In this document: piece by piece, positions 45,071-54,457 of the stretch
How positions within the stretch are numbered: position 1 is the first letter of the stretch
Layout: the number at the start of each line of letters is the position of its first letter
From: a virus
Lineage: Duplodnaviria; Caudoviricetes
Length of the DNA: 64,000 nt
Strand: one strand, 5' to 3'
IMG/VR virus record: IMGVR_UViG_3300027917_000018
Location: 128,001-192,000 of that record
Position numbers and translations under genes: made by a program
The notes under the pieces: model-generated
Told to the model about the DNA's origin: nothing
The model's database searches: none
The model's input: the letters and a program-made list of their open reading frames with translations, nothing else

Positions 45071-46318
45071 ATGGCACGGCCAAGACGAAAGAAGGCGGAA
45101 GAGCCACCCGAACCGCCCAAGGCAGCGCAGTACGATCCCGCAACGATCGCCAAACTGCGCAAGTACCGGCTCGCCAACGAGGACGGGACGCTCCGCGAAA
45201 CGGACGTACCCGGCAAAGGCACTGGGCCGGTCATGTCGCCGGAGGTCATCGACCGATTTCTGGAGCTGGACACCAGCCGCAAGAAAAACCTGCTCGATTG
45301 GATGCTTTACGCGGCTGGCGGCGGCAAGCCCGCGATGGAGACAAGCGAGCGCACGCTGGAGCTGGCCAAGCAGTACGTGAAGGGTCAGCGCATGAAGGGG
45401 CTCGACCGCAACAATGCCCAAATCGACCCCATGACCGAGGAGCAGGCTGAGGCGGACTGGGCCAAGGACGAGCCTGGCTACCGGGAAGCTTACTTCTACG
45501 GCGACGAAGACCTGTCGAATGATCCCCAATACCCGATCTTTGGGTACTTCCGGGACTGGCCTGGCCGTGCTGGCGTTTACAAAAAGGTTTACGAAGCGGT
45601 CAAAGGTTTCCTGGAAATCCTGAACAACAAGCAGCTGTTGCAGCAGTACAACAAGCTCTTTCCCACCGCGCCTTTCCAAACTGACCTCAATCAGTACCAA
45701 AGCATCGACGACTTGCTGCGCGTGGTCAGCCAGTTCAAGCGCAAGATCGCGCAGCGGCGGGCCGAGAAGGACGTTCAGTTCATGGGCCACGGCGGCGCAC
45801 GCGGTTCTGACGAGGTCCTCTATGAGGACGACTACATGAAGGTCGTCGCTCCAGCGACGGTAGCCGCGTCCATGAAGACCGGTTTTCCGAACTGGTGTAT
45901 CTCCAACATGACGCGCTTCCAGAGCTATTTCAGCAGCGGGAGCACCGCCGACCTCCTGTGGGGCTCAAACTGCGAAAGAGGCCCCTTTGTCTTCTGGCTG
46001 TTCAAGGTCAACTTTCAGGACCGGAACCTCAAAAAGCTCGCAGGCCATATCTTGCTTAACCGAGTTGGCGCGCATGAGCTTGAAGTAGGGCAGATTCAAT
46101 TTTGGGACGGTGAAAACCGTCAGGCTTTCGACTACCCGACAATCGTGGCGAGGTTGACTAGCGAGATGCCTGAGATTCAGGGACCGTTTGCCCGATCCAT
46201 AGAGGCCGTGAAGAATTGGTTCGGCCAGTGGGACCCCGAGCAGCTGGAGAAATATCCGCCTTTGGAAAGCATCCGCCAGGCGGCAAAGCGGTTAGCCGCG
46301 CAGCTGCTTGCCGGTTAG
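45071..46318 (+). CDS. Hypothetical protein, paralog of 43842 ORF
   Basis: NLLDWML and VAPATVAASMKTGFPNWCIS; ATG 5 nt after TAGTTA. Confidence 0.7.
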   Translation: MARPRRKKAEEPPEPPKAAQYDPATIAKLRKYRLANEDGTLRETDVPGKGTGPVMSPEVIDRFLELDTSRKKNLLDWMLYAAGGGKPAMETSERTLELAKQYVKGQRMKGLDRNNAQIDPMTEEQAEADWAKDEPGYREAYFYGDEDLSNDPQYPIFGYFRDWPGRAGVYKKVYEAVKGFLEILNNKQLLQQYNKLFPTAPFQTDLNQYQSIDDLLRVVSQFKRKIAQRRAEKDVQFMGHGGARGSDEVLYEDDYMKVVAPATVAASMKTGFPNWCISNMTRFQSYFSSGSTADLLWGSNCERGPFVFWLFKVNFQDRNLKKLAGHILLNRVGAHELEVGQIQFWDGENRQAFDYPTIVARLTSEMPEIQGPFARSIEAVKNWFGQWDPEQLEKYPPLESIRQAAKRLAAQLLAG

Positions 46319-47001
46319 CGGCACCGGTCGAACAGGTCCACGATCAGCCGTTCCAAGGCTTCCGCCAGGGACTTTTCCCGCACGTGGCGCATTTTCCACA
46401 CCACAACTTCCGCCAGCCCCACACCCGGACAGTCCGCCAAGTCTTCGTAGCCGTAGGCGGTCACGAACGGCACGAGCGGGTGGTACCGGCGGCAGTTGCA
46501 GTAATCCATCGTCGATCCGTAGGTCCGCAGCTCGATGTTCCGTGAGTTGGCCCGGTGGACATGGCTGACCCGGATCAAGGCGTTGGCGATGTTGGCCGCC
46601 ACGAATCGATCCATGAGCGTGCTGAAGCTCAAGACCAGCTCCTTGTAGGTCTCGTGCTCCGGGCTGGAGACGGCGGCCTGGATGGCGTCGATTTGGGCCG
46701 CCAGGGGCAGGCAGAGCTTCTTTTCCCACCGGGTCTTGACCTTGTCCCCGGCTTTGCGAAAAAGCAGCTTGCCGAATTCGCGCACGAGGACAGCCTGCTG
46801 GCGCTCCGGGTCCAGCTTGGCGAAACTGGGGTAGACGTTGACCTCCGGCTTACCCGCCACATTGAGCGAGGCGTCGGCCCCGCTGGACACCTTGCTGGGC
46901 TTCCACTGCATCTCGCCCCATTGGCGGGTTACGTGGTTGCATCGCCCGACCTGGGATTGGTTCAGGGCGGTTCCGGCTGCTTGGACTGCTTCTTCGTACA
47001 T
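46315..47001 (-). CDS. Hypothetical protein
   Basis: 228 aa, abuts upstream stop. Confidence 0.6.
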   Translation of the reverse strand: MYEEAVQAAGTALNQSQVGRCNHVTRQWGEMQWKPSKVSSGADASLNVAGKPEVNVYPSFAKLDPERQQAVLVREFGKLLFRKAGDKVKTRWEKKLCLPLAAQIDAIQAAVSSPEHETYKELVLSFSTLMDRFVAANIANALIRVSHVHRANSRNIELRTYGSTMDYCNCRRYHPLVPFVTAYGYEDLADCPGVGLAEVVVWKMRHVREKSLAEALERLIVDLFDRCR

Positions 47002-47795
47002 CAGTTGACCCTCATGATCACCGCTCCGCTGTGGAGGGTATCGTAGTTGCCGTCATAAGTATTCAGGAAGTGGGCGAAGCCGTCTGTGCTGACCGCCTCT
47101 TTGGCCGCTGCGTCGATGTCGATGCCGACCAGTTCGATGGCCTGTTTTCCAGCGTCCTCCTTGCCGTAGATGTCCTCCAGGTATTCCATACCGTCGAAAC
47201 GGTCTTCCTGGGAGCTAATCCAGCTTTCCTTGGCTTCGTCGACCAGCTCTGAGTAGTTTTCGACCTTCACAAGCTCGGGATCGCCGTCCTCGTCTTCCTG
47301 CTCGGTCCAAAGGTCATCCTCATCCAGATAGCCCTCTTTTTGCAGGAACTCAGCCCACTCGTCCTCGTCGTCGTACATCTGCTCCAGGTTGTGATCCCGG
47401 TAGTCGCTCCAAAGAAGGCTGTCGAGCCTTTTGGTATCGATGTGGCTGCGCAGCCAGTCTTGGTTGAACAGTTCGGGCTCGTCCCTGAGCTGCTGTTCGA
47501 CGTAGCGGAGCGCGGTTGTTTCTGCTTCGTCCTCGTCCTTGTAGATTTCCCATTCCATGTTGCCGCTGGACACGCGCATCATGGCATCATCGTGGGTCTC
47601 GGGTTCGACTTTGGTCTCCAGGGAGACCTGGGCTTCTCTAGCGGCCACCTGCTGCCAGTCCTCCAAGTCGTCCCAAATCTCGTTCCACGCGTCCGACATG
47701 ACGGTGTAGCTTTTGGCTACCCGCTTGATGAAGTCTCGCGGGCTTTCCTTGCCCTCCAGGACGGCGGTGGCTAGCTCTTTGGCTAGTAGCTCCAT
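47001..47795 (-). CDS. Acidic tagged protein
   Basis: ELATAVLEGKESPRDFIKR leader variant; C-terminal DGFAHFLNTYDG. Confidence 0.7.
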   Translation of the reverse strand: MELLAKELATAVLEGKESPRDFIKRVAKSYTVMSDAWNEIWDDLEDWQQVAAREAQVSLETKVEPETHDDAMMRVSSGNMEWEIYKDEDEAETTALRYVEQQLRDEPELFNQDWLRSHIDTKRLDSLLWSDYRDHNLEQMYDDEDEWAEFLQKEGYLDEDDLWTEQEDEDGDPELVKVENYSELVDEAKESWISSQEDRFDGMEYLEDIYGKEDAGKQAIELVGIDIDAAAKEAVSTDGFAHFLNTYDGNYDTLHSGAVIMRVN

Positions 47796-48310
47796 ACCAA
47801 GCTCCTGTTTTGTACGTCCCACAGCGCCTTGTCATTGTCGTCGTTGCGCACGAGAACGTAGCGGGTTTGGATGCCGTCAAAGTTAGGAGGTTCGTTCGGG
47901 TCGCCGCTGACGATCGAAAGTTTACCTTCAGCCTCCGCGCCCTCCAGGTCCATGTCTTCCCAAGGCCATACGCCGATGTCGGCGGTACTTCCTGGATGGC
48001 TGCCCAAAAATGTAAACGGCGGGCAATACTTGCGTTGGATATAACTGTACAGGTCCGTCTCAACTTCGACCAGGTCCCAGTCCTGTGCCTTGGCCTCGTC
48101 GTAGTTCGCTTGGTATTCGGAGGCGGCTCCGGGGTCAAGCTCCTTGAGCAAACCGAGCCCAGCGTCGATCAAGTCGTCGGTGTCTAAGGTGCCCCTAGAA
48201 AGCTCCCATCCTACGGGCAGGTAGTTGACGCGGGGCAGCTTGCCCAAGACCCGCTTAGGCGATTCTCCGTCCTCCAGGACTGCCCTGGCCAATTGTTCGG
48301 CAGGTCTCAT
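47783..48310 (-). CDS. Tagged protein
   Basis: QLARAVLEDGESPKRVL leader; LSRGTLDTDDL and GSHPGSTADIGVW motifs. Confidence 0.7.
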   Translation of the reverse strand: MRPAEQLARAVLEDGESPKRVLGKLPRVNYLPVGWELSRGTLDTDDLIDAGLGLLKELDPGAASEYQANYDEAKAQDWDLVEVETDLYSYIQRKYCPPFTFLGSHPGSTADIGVWPWEDMDLEGAEAEGKLSIVSGDPNEPPNFDGIQTRYVLVRNDDNDKALWDVQNRSLVWSY

Positions 48311-49140
48311 CGACGTTCCGGTGCGTACTTCCAGGGTTTGGCCTTGCGGATGGCTTTGGGGTCGGTTTCCCGCTTGAGGCGTTCGGCGTCGGCCATCAGC
48401 TCATGCTTGCGCTGGACCCGTTTGAGCCAATGAAGTCGATCGAGGTAGCTTTCGGACAGCAGTCCGAGTCGAACCAAGTGCTCCAAATTAAGCAGCATCT
48501 GGTTGGGGTCGCGCATGCCACGACGCCAGCGGCGCGGCGGATCGTAAGTCAGAATCCGAATAGCGCGCTCGGGCGTGATCACATCCTTGCCATCCAGGTG
48601 AATCGTGCCGTCGGGCTTGGCGGTGCCGCCGTGAAACTCCAAGGTGCCGTCGGGTTTGATCTTGTCCCCGTTGCCGAAAGGAATAGCGAACCAGCGTGGG
48701 TGCTTTCGCTTGTACTCCGTCCAAATCTTGCCCCGCATTTCATCCGGCCAATGGTAGTTGGCCCAGTGCCAATCCCCGCCACCGAAGCCGTGCCATCCGC
48801 TGATGTTTCTGCCGTAAACAAACCAGTTGTGGGGCAGGAAGGAATTAAGGTGCTGCTTGGTGGTGACGGTCTGCCACCGGCCCACGTTGACTTCGACCGT
48901 ACCGTCCGGCTCATAGGACAGGATGTCGGTTTCGTGGTAGCGCAGCGCGTACTTTCGCTCGGCAGGCCAGTACAGGTGCCTGATGTTGCGGTGTTCGCCT
49001 CTGCGGAATTTGGCCCCGTATCGGTCCCAATCGCGCCAGCGCTTAAACTGGGGCCAGGCGTGCGGGTAGCGAGGCGCGTGCTTCTTCAGAAACTCGCGGG
49101 GCGTCAGCTCGGCTTCCAGAATGTCGAAAGCGCGGCTCAT
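48307..49140 (-). CDS. Tagged protein
   Basis: MSRAFDILEAELTPREFLKKHAP; YHETDIL...GRWQTVTTKQHLN module. Confidence 0.7.
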   Translation of the reverse strand: MSRAFDILEAELTPREFLKKHAPRYPHAWPQFKRWRDWDRYGAKFRRGEHRNIRHLYWPAERKYALRYHETDILSYEPDGTVEVNVGRWQTVTTKQHLNSFLPHNWFVYGRNISGWHGFGGGDWHWANYHWPDEMRGKIWTEYKRKHPRWFAIPFGNGDKIKPDGTLEFHGGTAKPDGTIHLDGKDVITPERAIRILTYDPPRRWRRGMRDPNQMLLNLEHLVRLGLLSESYLDRLHWLKRVQRKHELMADAERLKRETDPKAIRKAKPWKYAPERR

Positions 49141-49661
49141 CAATCCAAATCCGGGTTGTACTCGCGCAAGTAGAGCGCGACATAGTAATAAAGGTTGAAG
49201 TCGCCCATCTCGACCATTTCAGCGACCTTTTCCTGGACGGCTTCATTGTACTCCTCGTCGGTCTCGAAGTCGTCTCGATCCAGTTCGCCCTGAGCTTCTT
49301 GGTCCAGCTGACGAACAATTTCGTCGTGGGCGCTGGGCTCGGTGTCTTCAATCTCCTCGACAGTGTCGAGCTTCCAGTAGGAGGCGGCTTGCTCCAGGGC
49401 GTCAGAAGCGGCTTCCGCCGGGTTGTCCCCGGCCCCGACGTAAACATCGTCCCAGTTAGTGAAGGCGGTACCGCGTCCCTGAAAGTAGTCGGAATTGCAT
49501 AGGCCGATCTGTTCCCACTCGTATTCCTGCGGGACTTTGTCGTAGCGCTGGTGATGAGGCGTGTGGGGCGCGTGCTTTTTGAGGAAGTCACGTGGGTTTT
49601 CGCCCTCGTCGGCTTCCAACACGGCCCTGGCTAACTGTCGGGCTGCGCTACGGACATCCAT
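49140..49661 (-). CDS. Acidic tagged protein
   Basis: QLARAVLEADEGENPRDFLKKHAP; YFQGRGTAFTNWDDV module. Confidence 0.7.
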   Translation of the reverse strand: MDVRSAARQLARAVLEADEGENPRDFLKKHAPHTPHHQRYDKVPQEYEWEQIGLCNSDYFQGRGTAFTNWDDVYVGAGDNPAEAASDALEQAASYWKLDTVEEIEDTEPSAHDEIVRQLDQEAQGELDRDDFETDEEYNEAVQEKVAEMVEMGDFNLYYYVALYLREYNPDLD

Positions 49662-50242
49662 TAAGCTGTTTGCGACCGCTGCAATTCCTCGGGCCGGTAG
49701 GCGCGGGCAACGGCGGGCTTTTCCGTGCCAAAGCTCAGCTCGTAGGTTCCGTCGTCGCGCACAGCCTTGACCTTGGCCTGGTAGGCTTTGCCCTCTTCGG
49801 CCACCGTCACGTCCTCGCCCACGACCAGCTTCTGGTTGTCGGCAGCTGGAGTCGGATTGGTCGACTGGGGCGTAGTCGCTGGCGTGGCGGGCTGAGGCGG
49901 AGCAGCGGCCTGGCCACTGCCATAGGCGGCAACCTCATTCAACCGGCGGGAGGCATGCTGAAGGGCCACGTCACGTGGGTCGATCGACTCGGCCTGGCCT
50001 TCGGCCTTCTCGGCGGGCTTTTCCTCCGGCACGTCGGCGGCCAGCTCCTGCATCTCGTGGATGCGGGTCTGTTCGGTCGTGATCATGAGGTAACCGGTTT
50101 CAGTGTCCGGCGTGATCCAGCCACGGTTCAAGGCTTCACCGACAGCGTCAGGGCCGATGTCGGCGGTCAAGGCACCGGGCATCACCAGACCGGAGGCGCG
50201 ACGGTAGTTCAGGATTTTGGCGGCAAGTTCGTTCGGCGTCAT
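49661..50242 (-). CDS. Hypothetical protein with C-terminal SH3/Tudor-like beta module
   Basis: ELAAKIL N-terminus, Pro/Ala linker, VGEDVTV...KVKAVRDDGTYELSF. Confidence 0.65.
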   Translation of the reverse strand: MTPNELAAKILNYRRASGLVMPGALTADIGPDAVGEALNRGWITPDTETGYLMITTEQTRIHEMQELAADVPEEKPAEKAEGQAESIDPRDVALQHASRRLNEVAAYGSGQAAAPPQPATPATTPQSTNPTPAADNQKLVVGEDVTVAEEGKAYQAKVKAVRDDGTYELSFGTEKPAVARAYRPEELQRSQTA

Positions 50243-50817
50243 AAGTTCGTTGGTGTTTCAGGTTCTCGTTCTCCCGGAGCGGCAGCAGGAGCCGCAGGGG
50301 TGGGCTCTGCGACTCCCGCCTCGGCACCCGGCGCAGCTTCAGGAGATTCTTCACCCGGAGGCGCTTCCTCTTCTGGACCGAAATCAGTGCCCAGGGGTGG
50401 CGTGCTTGCCCCGGCTCCGCCCATAAAGGGCTCGTTTTGGGCCGCGTTTCCGGCGGCGGTAGGCGAGCTGGTAATCTCCGTCTTGGCCGAATCCAGGGTG
50501 GTGATCAGCCCTTGGAAAAAGGACGCATCGGGCCAGTCCAGCCGGGCGGCGGTGTTGGCCGCTCCGATCAGGTACTCGTAGGCGTCAGTGTTCTGGTCCT
50601 TGATGTCTTGGGCCTTGAGCCGCCACTGAATCCAGTAATCCCGGATCATCTTGGCGTATTCCGGGTTGGTCTGCTCGTACTTCTTGGCCAGCTTGTCCAA
50701 CCGGAAATCCATCTGGTTGTACCAGCGGCTCATCGCGACCGGATTGATGGCTTCCAGGACCTCCTGGGCCTCCGGGGCGGCGTGCGCCACCGCCAAGTCT
50801 TCGTAGCTGTGGTTCAT
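50239..50817 (-). CDS. Hypothetical protein with acidic low-complexity tail
   Basis: ATGA-coupled, downstream of TAGTTA motif. Confidence 0.65.
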   Translation of the reverse strand: MNHSYEDLAVAHAAPEAQEVLEAINPVAMSRWYNQMDFRLDKLAKKYEQTNPEYAKMIRDYWIQWRLKAQDIKDQNTDAYEYLIGAANTAARLDWPDASFFQGLITTLDSAKTEITSSPTAAGNAAQNEPFMGGAGASTPPLGTDFGPEEEAPPGEESPEAAPGAEAGVAEPTPAAPAAAPGEREPETPTNL

Positions 50818-51647
50818 TGGCCAAAAACAGGCGGCTTGGGAATTCGGTGCTTCTTGGGCATACCGGCTATCGGCATGTCGACGATCCGGCGGGGTCGCCC
50901 GCGCCTGCGAGCGAGGTTCTCGGGCATTGGCGGCTTTTCAGGCTCGGCGGGCTTTTCGGTCGCCCGGCGTTGGTTGATGGCCTGAATCTGTCCCTTGTTC
51001 TTGCAAAATCCGCAGTTGCAGCCGGGAGCGTGCTGCTCCTGGACCAACAGGCGGCTGACGATTTCCTTGGCTTCCTTGCGGGCCGAGCCTTTGGGCGTGC
51101 CGGTTGGACCGGTGCCCGCACTGGGTTTGCCGACGCCCATCGTCTTCTTCCAGGGAGCTTCCGGGTGGGTGACCGGGTTGTTCGGGTCAGGCTCCATCGG
51201 GGTGGTGGCAAACTCGCGGCCTTTCTTGATGACGGCGTCCAGCCCAGCCGAGGGTTTGTCGGCGTCGGTCGTGTCGGCGAGAGCGATGTCGATGAATCGG
51301 ATGCGGTAGTCGGTGGGTTCTCCAGTCATGCCCTGGTCGCCCAGGCAAGCGGCCACCCAGCCCTGCTCTGCCAACTTCTCCATCGCGTCGGGCTGCGTAA
51401 GAACGTTTACGTGGCTGCGGTACTCTTCACCGTCGTTGCAAAGCAATGCCATGCCCTCCGGGTCCAGCTCCAGGCCGTCGCCGACCTCGATGCCCAGGGA
51501 CTTAAGCGCCTTGGCCAGGGGTGTTTTCTTGGCCCGCAATGGATTTTCCTCGGCCTGCTCGAAGATTCGCTCCATCGCCTCGCGACATTCTTCCAGCTCG
51601 GCCTCCATCTGTGAGTCGCCGAACAGGTATGCCAGCATCTTGTTCAT
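50814..51647 (-). CDS. Hypothetical protein (possible head core/scaffold)
   Basis: ATG 7 nt after TAGTTA; Glu-rich helical N-terminus. Confidence 0.65.
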   Translation of the reverse strand: MNKMLAYLFGDSQMEAELEECREAMERIFEQAEENPLRAKKTPLAKALKSLGIEVGDGLELDPEGMALLCNDGEEYRSHVNVLTQPDAMEKLAEQGWVAACLGDQGMTGEPTDYRIRFIDIALADTTDADKPSAGLDAVIKKGREFATTPMEPDPNNPVTHPEAPWKKTMGVGKPSAGTGPTGTPKGSARKEAKEIVSRLLVQEQHAPGCNCGFCKNKGQIQAINQRRATEKPAEPEKPPMPENLARRRGRPRRIVDMPIAGMPKKHRIPKPPVFGQ

Positions 51648-51653
51648 TTGTTC

Positions 51654-52157
51654 CTAACTACTCTCCTTGCGTCGGCGTTCAGCCTCGGCGATCTGAGCCT
51701 GGATAATCGGGGCTAGGCGCGGCGGATCGTAGCTTGGCCCTTTCATCCATTTGCCGTCCTCCCGCAGGAACCCGTCGATGAACTTGGTCATGTTGGAGCG
51801 GTGGACCTCTTCCCAGCCAGGTTCCAGCTCCAGCCCCAGGGCGATGGCTGTGCCGACGGCGAAAACGAGGATGTCCAGGACGGCGTCGTAGGCGTCGCGG
51901 AGGTTTGTCTCGGGTTCCAGCTGAACGGACGCGTAGGGCGATGGGTTGGCGTCCACGCCGTAAAAGCGGACCCCATTGGCCCGGTTTCGTTCCATCCGAA
52001 TGTCCACGTCCAGGGCGTCGCACAGCTCCAGCAGCTCTTCAGCAAGCGTGCGGCAGCGCAGAGCGCAGACATCGCGGCTGGGCATGCCGGGCATGTCCGG
52101 CACGTCCTGGTGGGCGTTTCGCATGAATTCTCGGATTTGTTCTTGGGCTTTTTTCAT
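51654..52157 (-). CDS. MazG-like/PRA-PH-family nucleoside triphosphate pyrophosphohydrolase
   Basis: LAEELLEL, DAVLDILVFAVG, WEEVHRSNMTK, DGKWMKGPSY; ATGA-coupled start 52157. Confidence 0.8.
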   Translation of the reverse strand: MKKAQEQIREFMRNAHQDVPDMPGMPSRDVCALRCRTLAEELLELCDALDVDIRMERNRANGVRFYGVDANPSPYASVQLEPETNLRDAYDAVLDILVFAVGTAIALGLELEPGWEEVHRSNMTKFIDGFLREDGKWMKGPSYDPPRLAPIIQAQIAEAERRRKESS

Positions 52158-53782
52158 TGGCGTATCCATTTCAGGGCTGCCCGCCACCAGGCGGGAAACA
52201 TCTCTTCGTAGTCTCTCCACAGCATGCGGAAATCGCTGTCGGTCACGTAGGTCGTTCCGTAGTCCTCTTCGCTGCGACAGATTCTACCGGACGCCTGGAC
52301 GATGGTCATAACCGTGCGCATGGCGTACCAGGCCGGGTCCACGTCCCGTTTGGCGGCGACCTGCCGGTCCCCTAGATACGGGTAGGGCACCTTGGCGATG
52401 ACCTGCCAGCGCGCTGAGTCGCCGATGAAGTCAAAGCCTTCCGTAAACGAGGGACTGATGATGACCGTGGGCTGAGGGCTCGTCAGATGAAATTTGTAAA
52501 CGTTGTCGCGTTCCTGCGCTTTGGTCGGGAACAAGACGCGATCCGTGGTTGCCGACAAGTGCTCGTAAATCGCCTTGCCTAGCTTGTAGCTGTTGCAGTG
52601 GATGATGCCTTTTTCGTCCTTGTGCGTGTTCAAAATCTTCACCAGGACTTTGAGCAGCCTGGGCAATGTCGCTTCCTGCTCACGGCGTCCCATGCTGCCT
52701 ATGGGCGCGATAAAAATGGGTCTATGTTCCACAGGGAACACGCTGCCCAGGGTCAGCATGGCCGTCCGGCTGGGGTCAAGTCCAAGGGTCCGGCAGAAGA
52801 CATCCTTTGATCCTGGGTAGGCGCTCATGTAGATGCGGACCTTGGCGGCACTTTCGATCAGCTGCTGAAAAAATCCGGCGGCGTAGAGCGGTTTGGCGAA
52901 AGCCGTGCGATTTCCGTAGCCGGTCCATGCCCCTTCCTCGGTCCAGAAAACCCAGTTGTCGGGGTCCTCCACGAAGCTTTTCACCGCGTTGAGCACCTTG
53001 CCCGCTTGTGATTGGAGTTCCTGCTTTTCCCGAGCCTGCGCGCTGGTCAGGTTTTTACCGAATTTCTCCAGCGTGGATTCCAAGTCAGGCAAATAGGCTT
53101 CGGCCAGCCATTGCCCAAATTCATCCAGGTCGCGCAAGTTGGGCACCGGCCCTGCGGTTCTGGCGTACTTTTCCAACTGGTCAGGCCCGACAACGACCTC
53201 GACGAACTGGAGAAGCTGATTCTCCAGCGTGTGGCACTCGTCGGCGATGAGCAGCCGCCGTGTGGGGAGCTGATCCTCATTAAAGGTTCTGCACGTGAAA
53301 AACCACGGATAGTTGGTGATGCCGCAATCCGAAACCAGAAACCTGGCCAGTTGATTACTGTACGTGCATTGGCGCTCCCGGAATTTTTGGCAAATTGGTT
53401 GGTGGCTGAGCCCGGCGGCGCAGCTACCGTGAGCGCGGCATTCGTAGGAGGTTGAGCTTTTGATGGAAACCGCCCGGCTTAAGTGCGGCGGGTAGCGCGT
53501 GATGTCATTTTCCAGTTGGTCCTGGAGCATCTTCTGCGTGCAAAGATAGTAAGCGCCTTTGGCTGCCTCGACAGGGAACGGCTCCTGGGCCGCCCAAAGC
53601 CCTGCGGCGATCCCGATGGCCGACTTCCCGACGCCGGTAGGGGCGCTGACGATGATGTCCTTGAACCCGCGTTCGACCATGCGCCCGATGAAGTCCAGGG
53701 CCTTTGCTTGCTTGTTACGGATCGCGGGCAAAGGAAAGAAATCCTCCGGGCACTGTCTCGGCATCACTACGGGCGCGCTCAT
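52154..53782 (-). CDS. DinG/XPD-family SF2 helicase with Fe-S cluster
   Basis: SAPTGVGKS, 4-Cys cluster, LIADECH, SFTEGFDF, AKVPYP, QASGRICRS. Confidence 0.88.
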   Translation of the reverse strand: MSAPVVMPRQCPEDFFPLPAIRNKQAKALDFIGRMVERGFKDIIVSAPTGVGKSAIGIAAGLWAAQEPFPVEAAKGAYYLCTQKMLQDQLENDITRYPPHLSRAVSIKSSTSYECRAHGSCAAGLSHQPICQKFRERQCTYSNQLARFLVSDCGITNYPWFFTCRTFNEDQLPTRRLLIADECHTLENQLLQFVEVVVGPDQLEKYARTAGPVPNLRDLDEFGQWLAEAYLPDLESTLEKFGKNLTSAQAREKQELQSQAGKVLNAVKSFVEDPDNWVFWTEEGAWTGYGNRTAFAKPLYAAGFFQQLIESAAKVRIYMSAYPGSKDVFCRTLGLDPSRTAMLTLGSVFPVEHRPIFIAPIGSMGRREQEATLPRLLKVLVKILNTHKDEKGIIHCNSYKLGKAIYEHLSATTDRVLFPTKAQERDNVYKFHLTSPQPTVIISPSFTEGFDFIGDSARWQVIAKVPYPYLGDRQVAAKRDVDPAWYAMRTVMTIVQASGRICRSEEDYGTTYVTDSDFRMLWRDYEEMFPAWWRAALKWIRQ

Positions 53783-53808
53783 CGCTGCGTTAGAACGGTA
53801 TTTAGAGC

Positions 53809-54213
53809 GTGAATCGGCTGTACCCGAACGCAAAAGAGCTTTTCGCGACCAAGCAGCTTAGCTGGACGAACGACGCCATCGTCTGCATCCTGGTAGACAC
53901 TGGCGTTTACACCTACAGCGACGCGCACCAAACCCTGGCCGATATTCCCTCCACAGGAACCGTGGCGGTTTCTGGCACAATGACCGGTCGCGTAGCACCT
54001 TTAGGGGTGTGTGATGCCGACGACGTGTCATACCCGATTGTCCCCATCGGCCCGAATGTTGAGGCGTGTGTGCTGGCTGTTAATAGCGGCACGGTCGCGA
54101 CGAGTTTCCTTGTGGCCTACCTGGATCAGGCCGCCGGTCTGCCCTTCAGCCCGGACGGCGGCCCGGCGGTCATCGCGTGGGACAACGGGACGAACCGCCT
54201 CTTTGCCTTGTAA
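53809..54213 (+). CDS. Conserved phage virion structural protein
   Basis: LYPNAKE...LVD...H..LADI...DADDV...LVAYLD..GLP..PDGG...IAW pattern; GTG 4 nt after TATTTA. Confidence 0.7.
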   Translation: MNRLYPNAKELFATKQLSWTNDAIVCILVDTGVYTYSDAHQTLADIPSTGTVAVSGTMTGRVAPLGVCDADDVSYPIVPIGPNVEACVLAVNSGTVATSFLVAYLDQAAGLPFSPDGGPAVIAWDNGTNRLFAL

Positions 54214-54229
54214 TGCCGTTCTAAAACGC

Positions 54230-54457
54230 ATGCCTCGCGAGAGCTATGAATTGCAGGCGGCTGCGCTAAAAAAGCTGTTGGAGAAGGCCGACGTGGATTC
54301 CTCGGACCTTCGCCACTTGCGCAACGCGGTCCGTAATCTTGAGCATCTGGCTGCGCTGCGGAGGGCCATCGTGGAAGGTGAAATGGACCCCGACGTGCTT
54401 TCCGACAAGATCATCCATATTCTGCACTTGCCGCGAGAGGACGTAGTTAAGGCGTGA
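54230..54457 (+). CDS. Small hypothetical protein
   Basis: ATG 7 nt after CGTTCT. Confidence 0.55.
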   Translation: MPRESYELQAAALKKLLEKADVDSSDLRHLRNAVRNLEHLAALRRAIVEGEMDPDVLSDKIIHILHLPREDVVKA

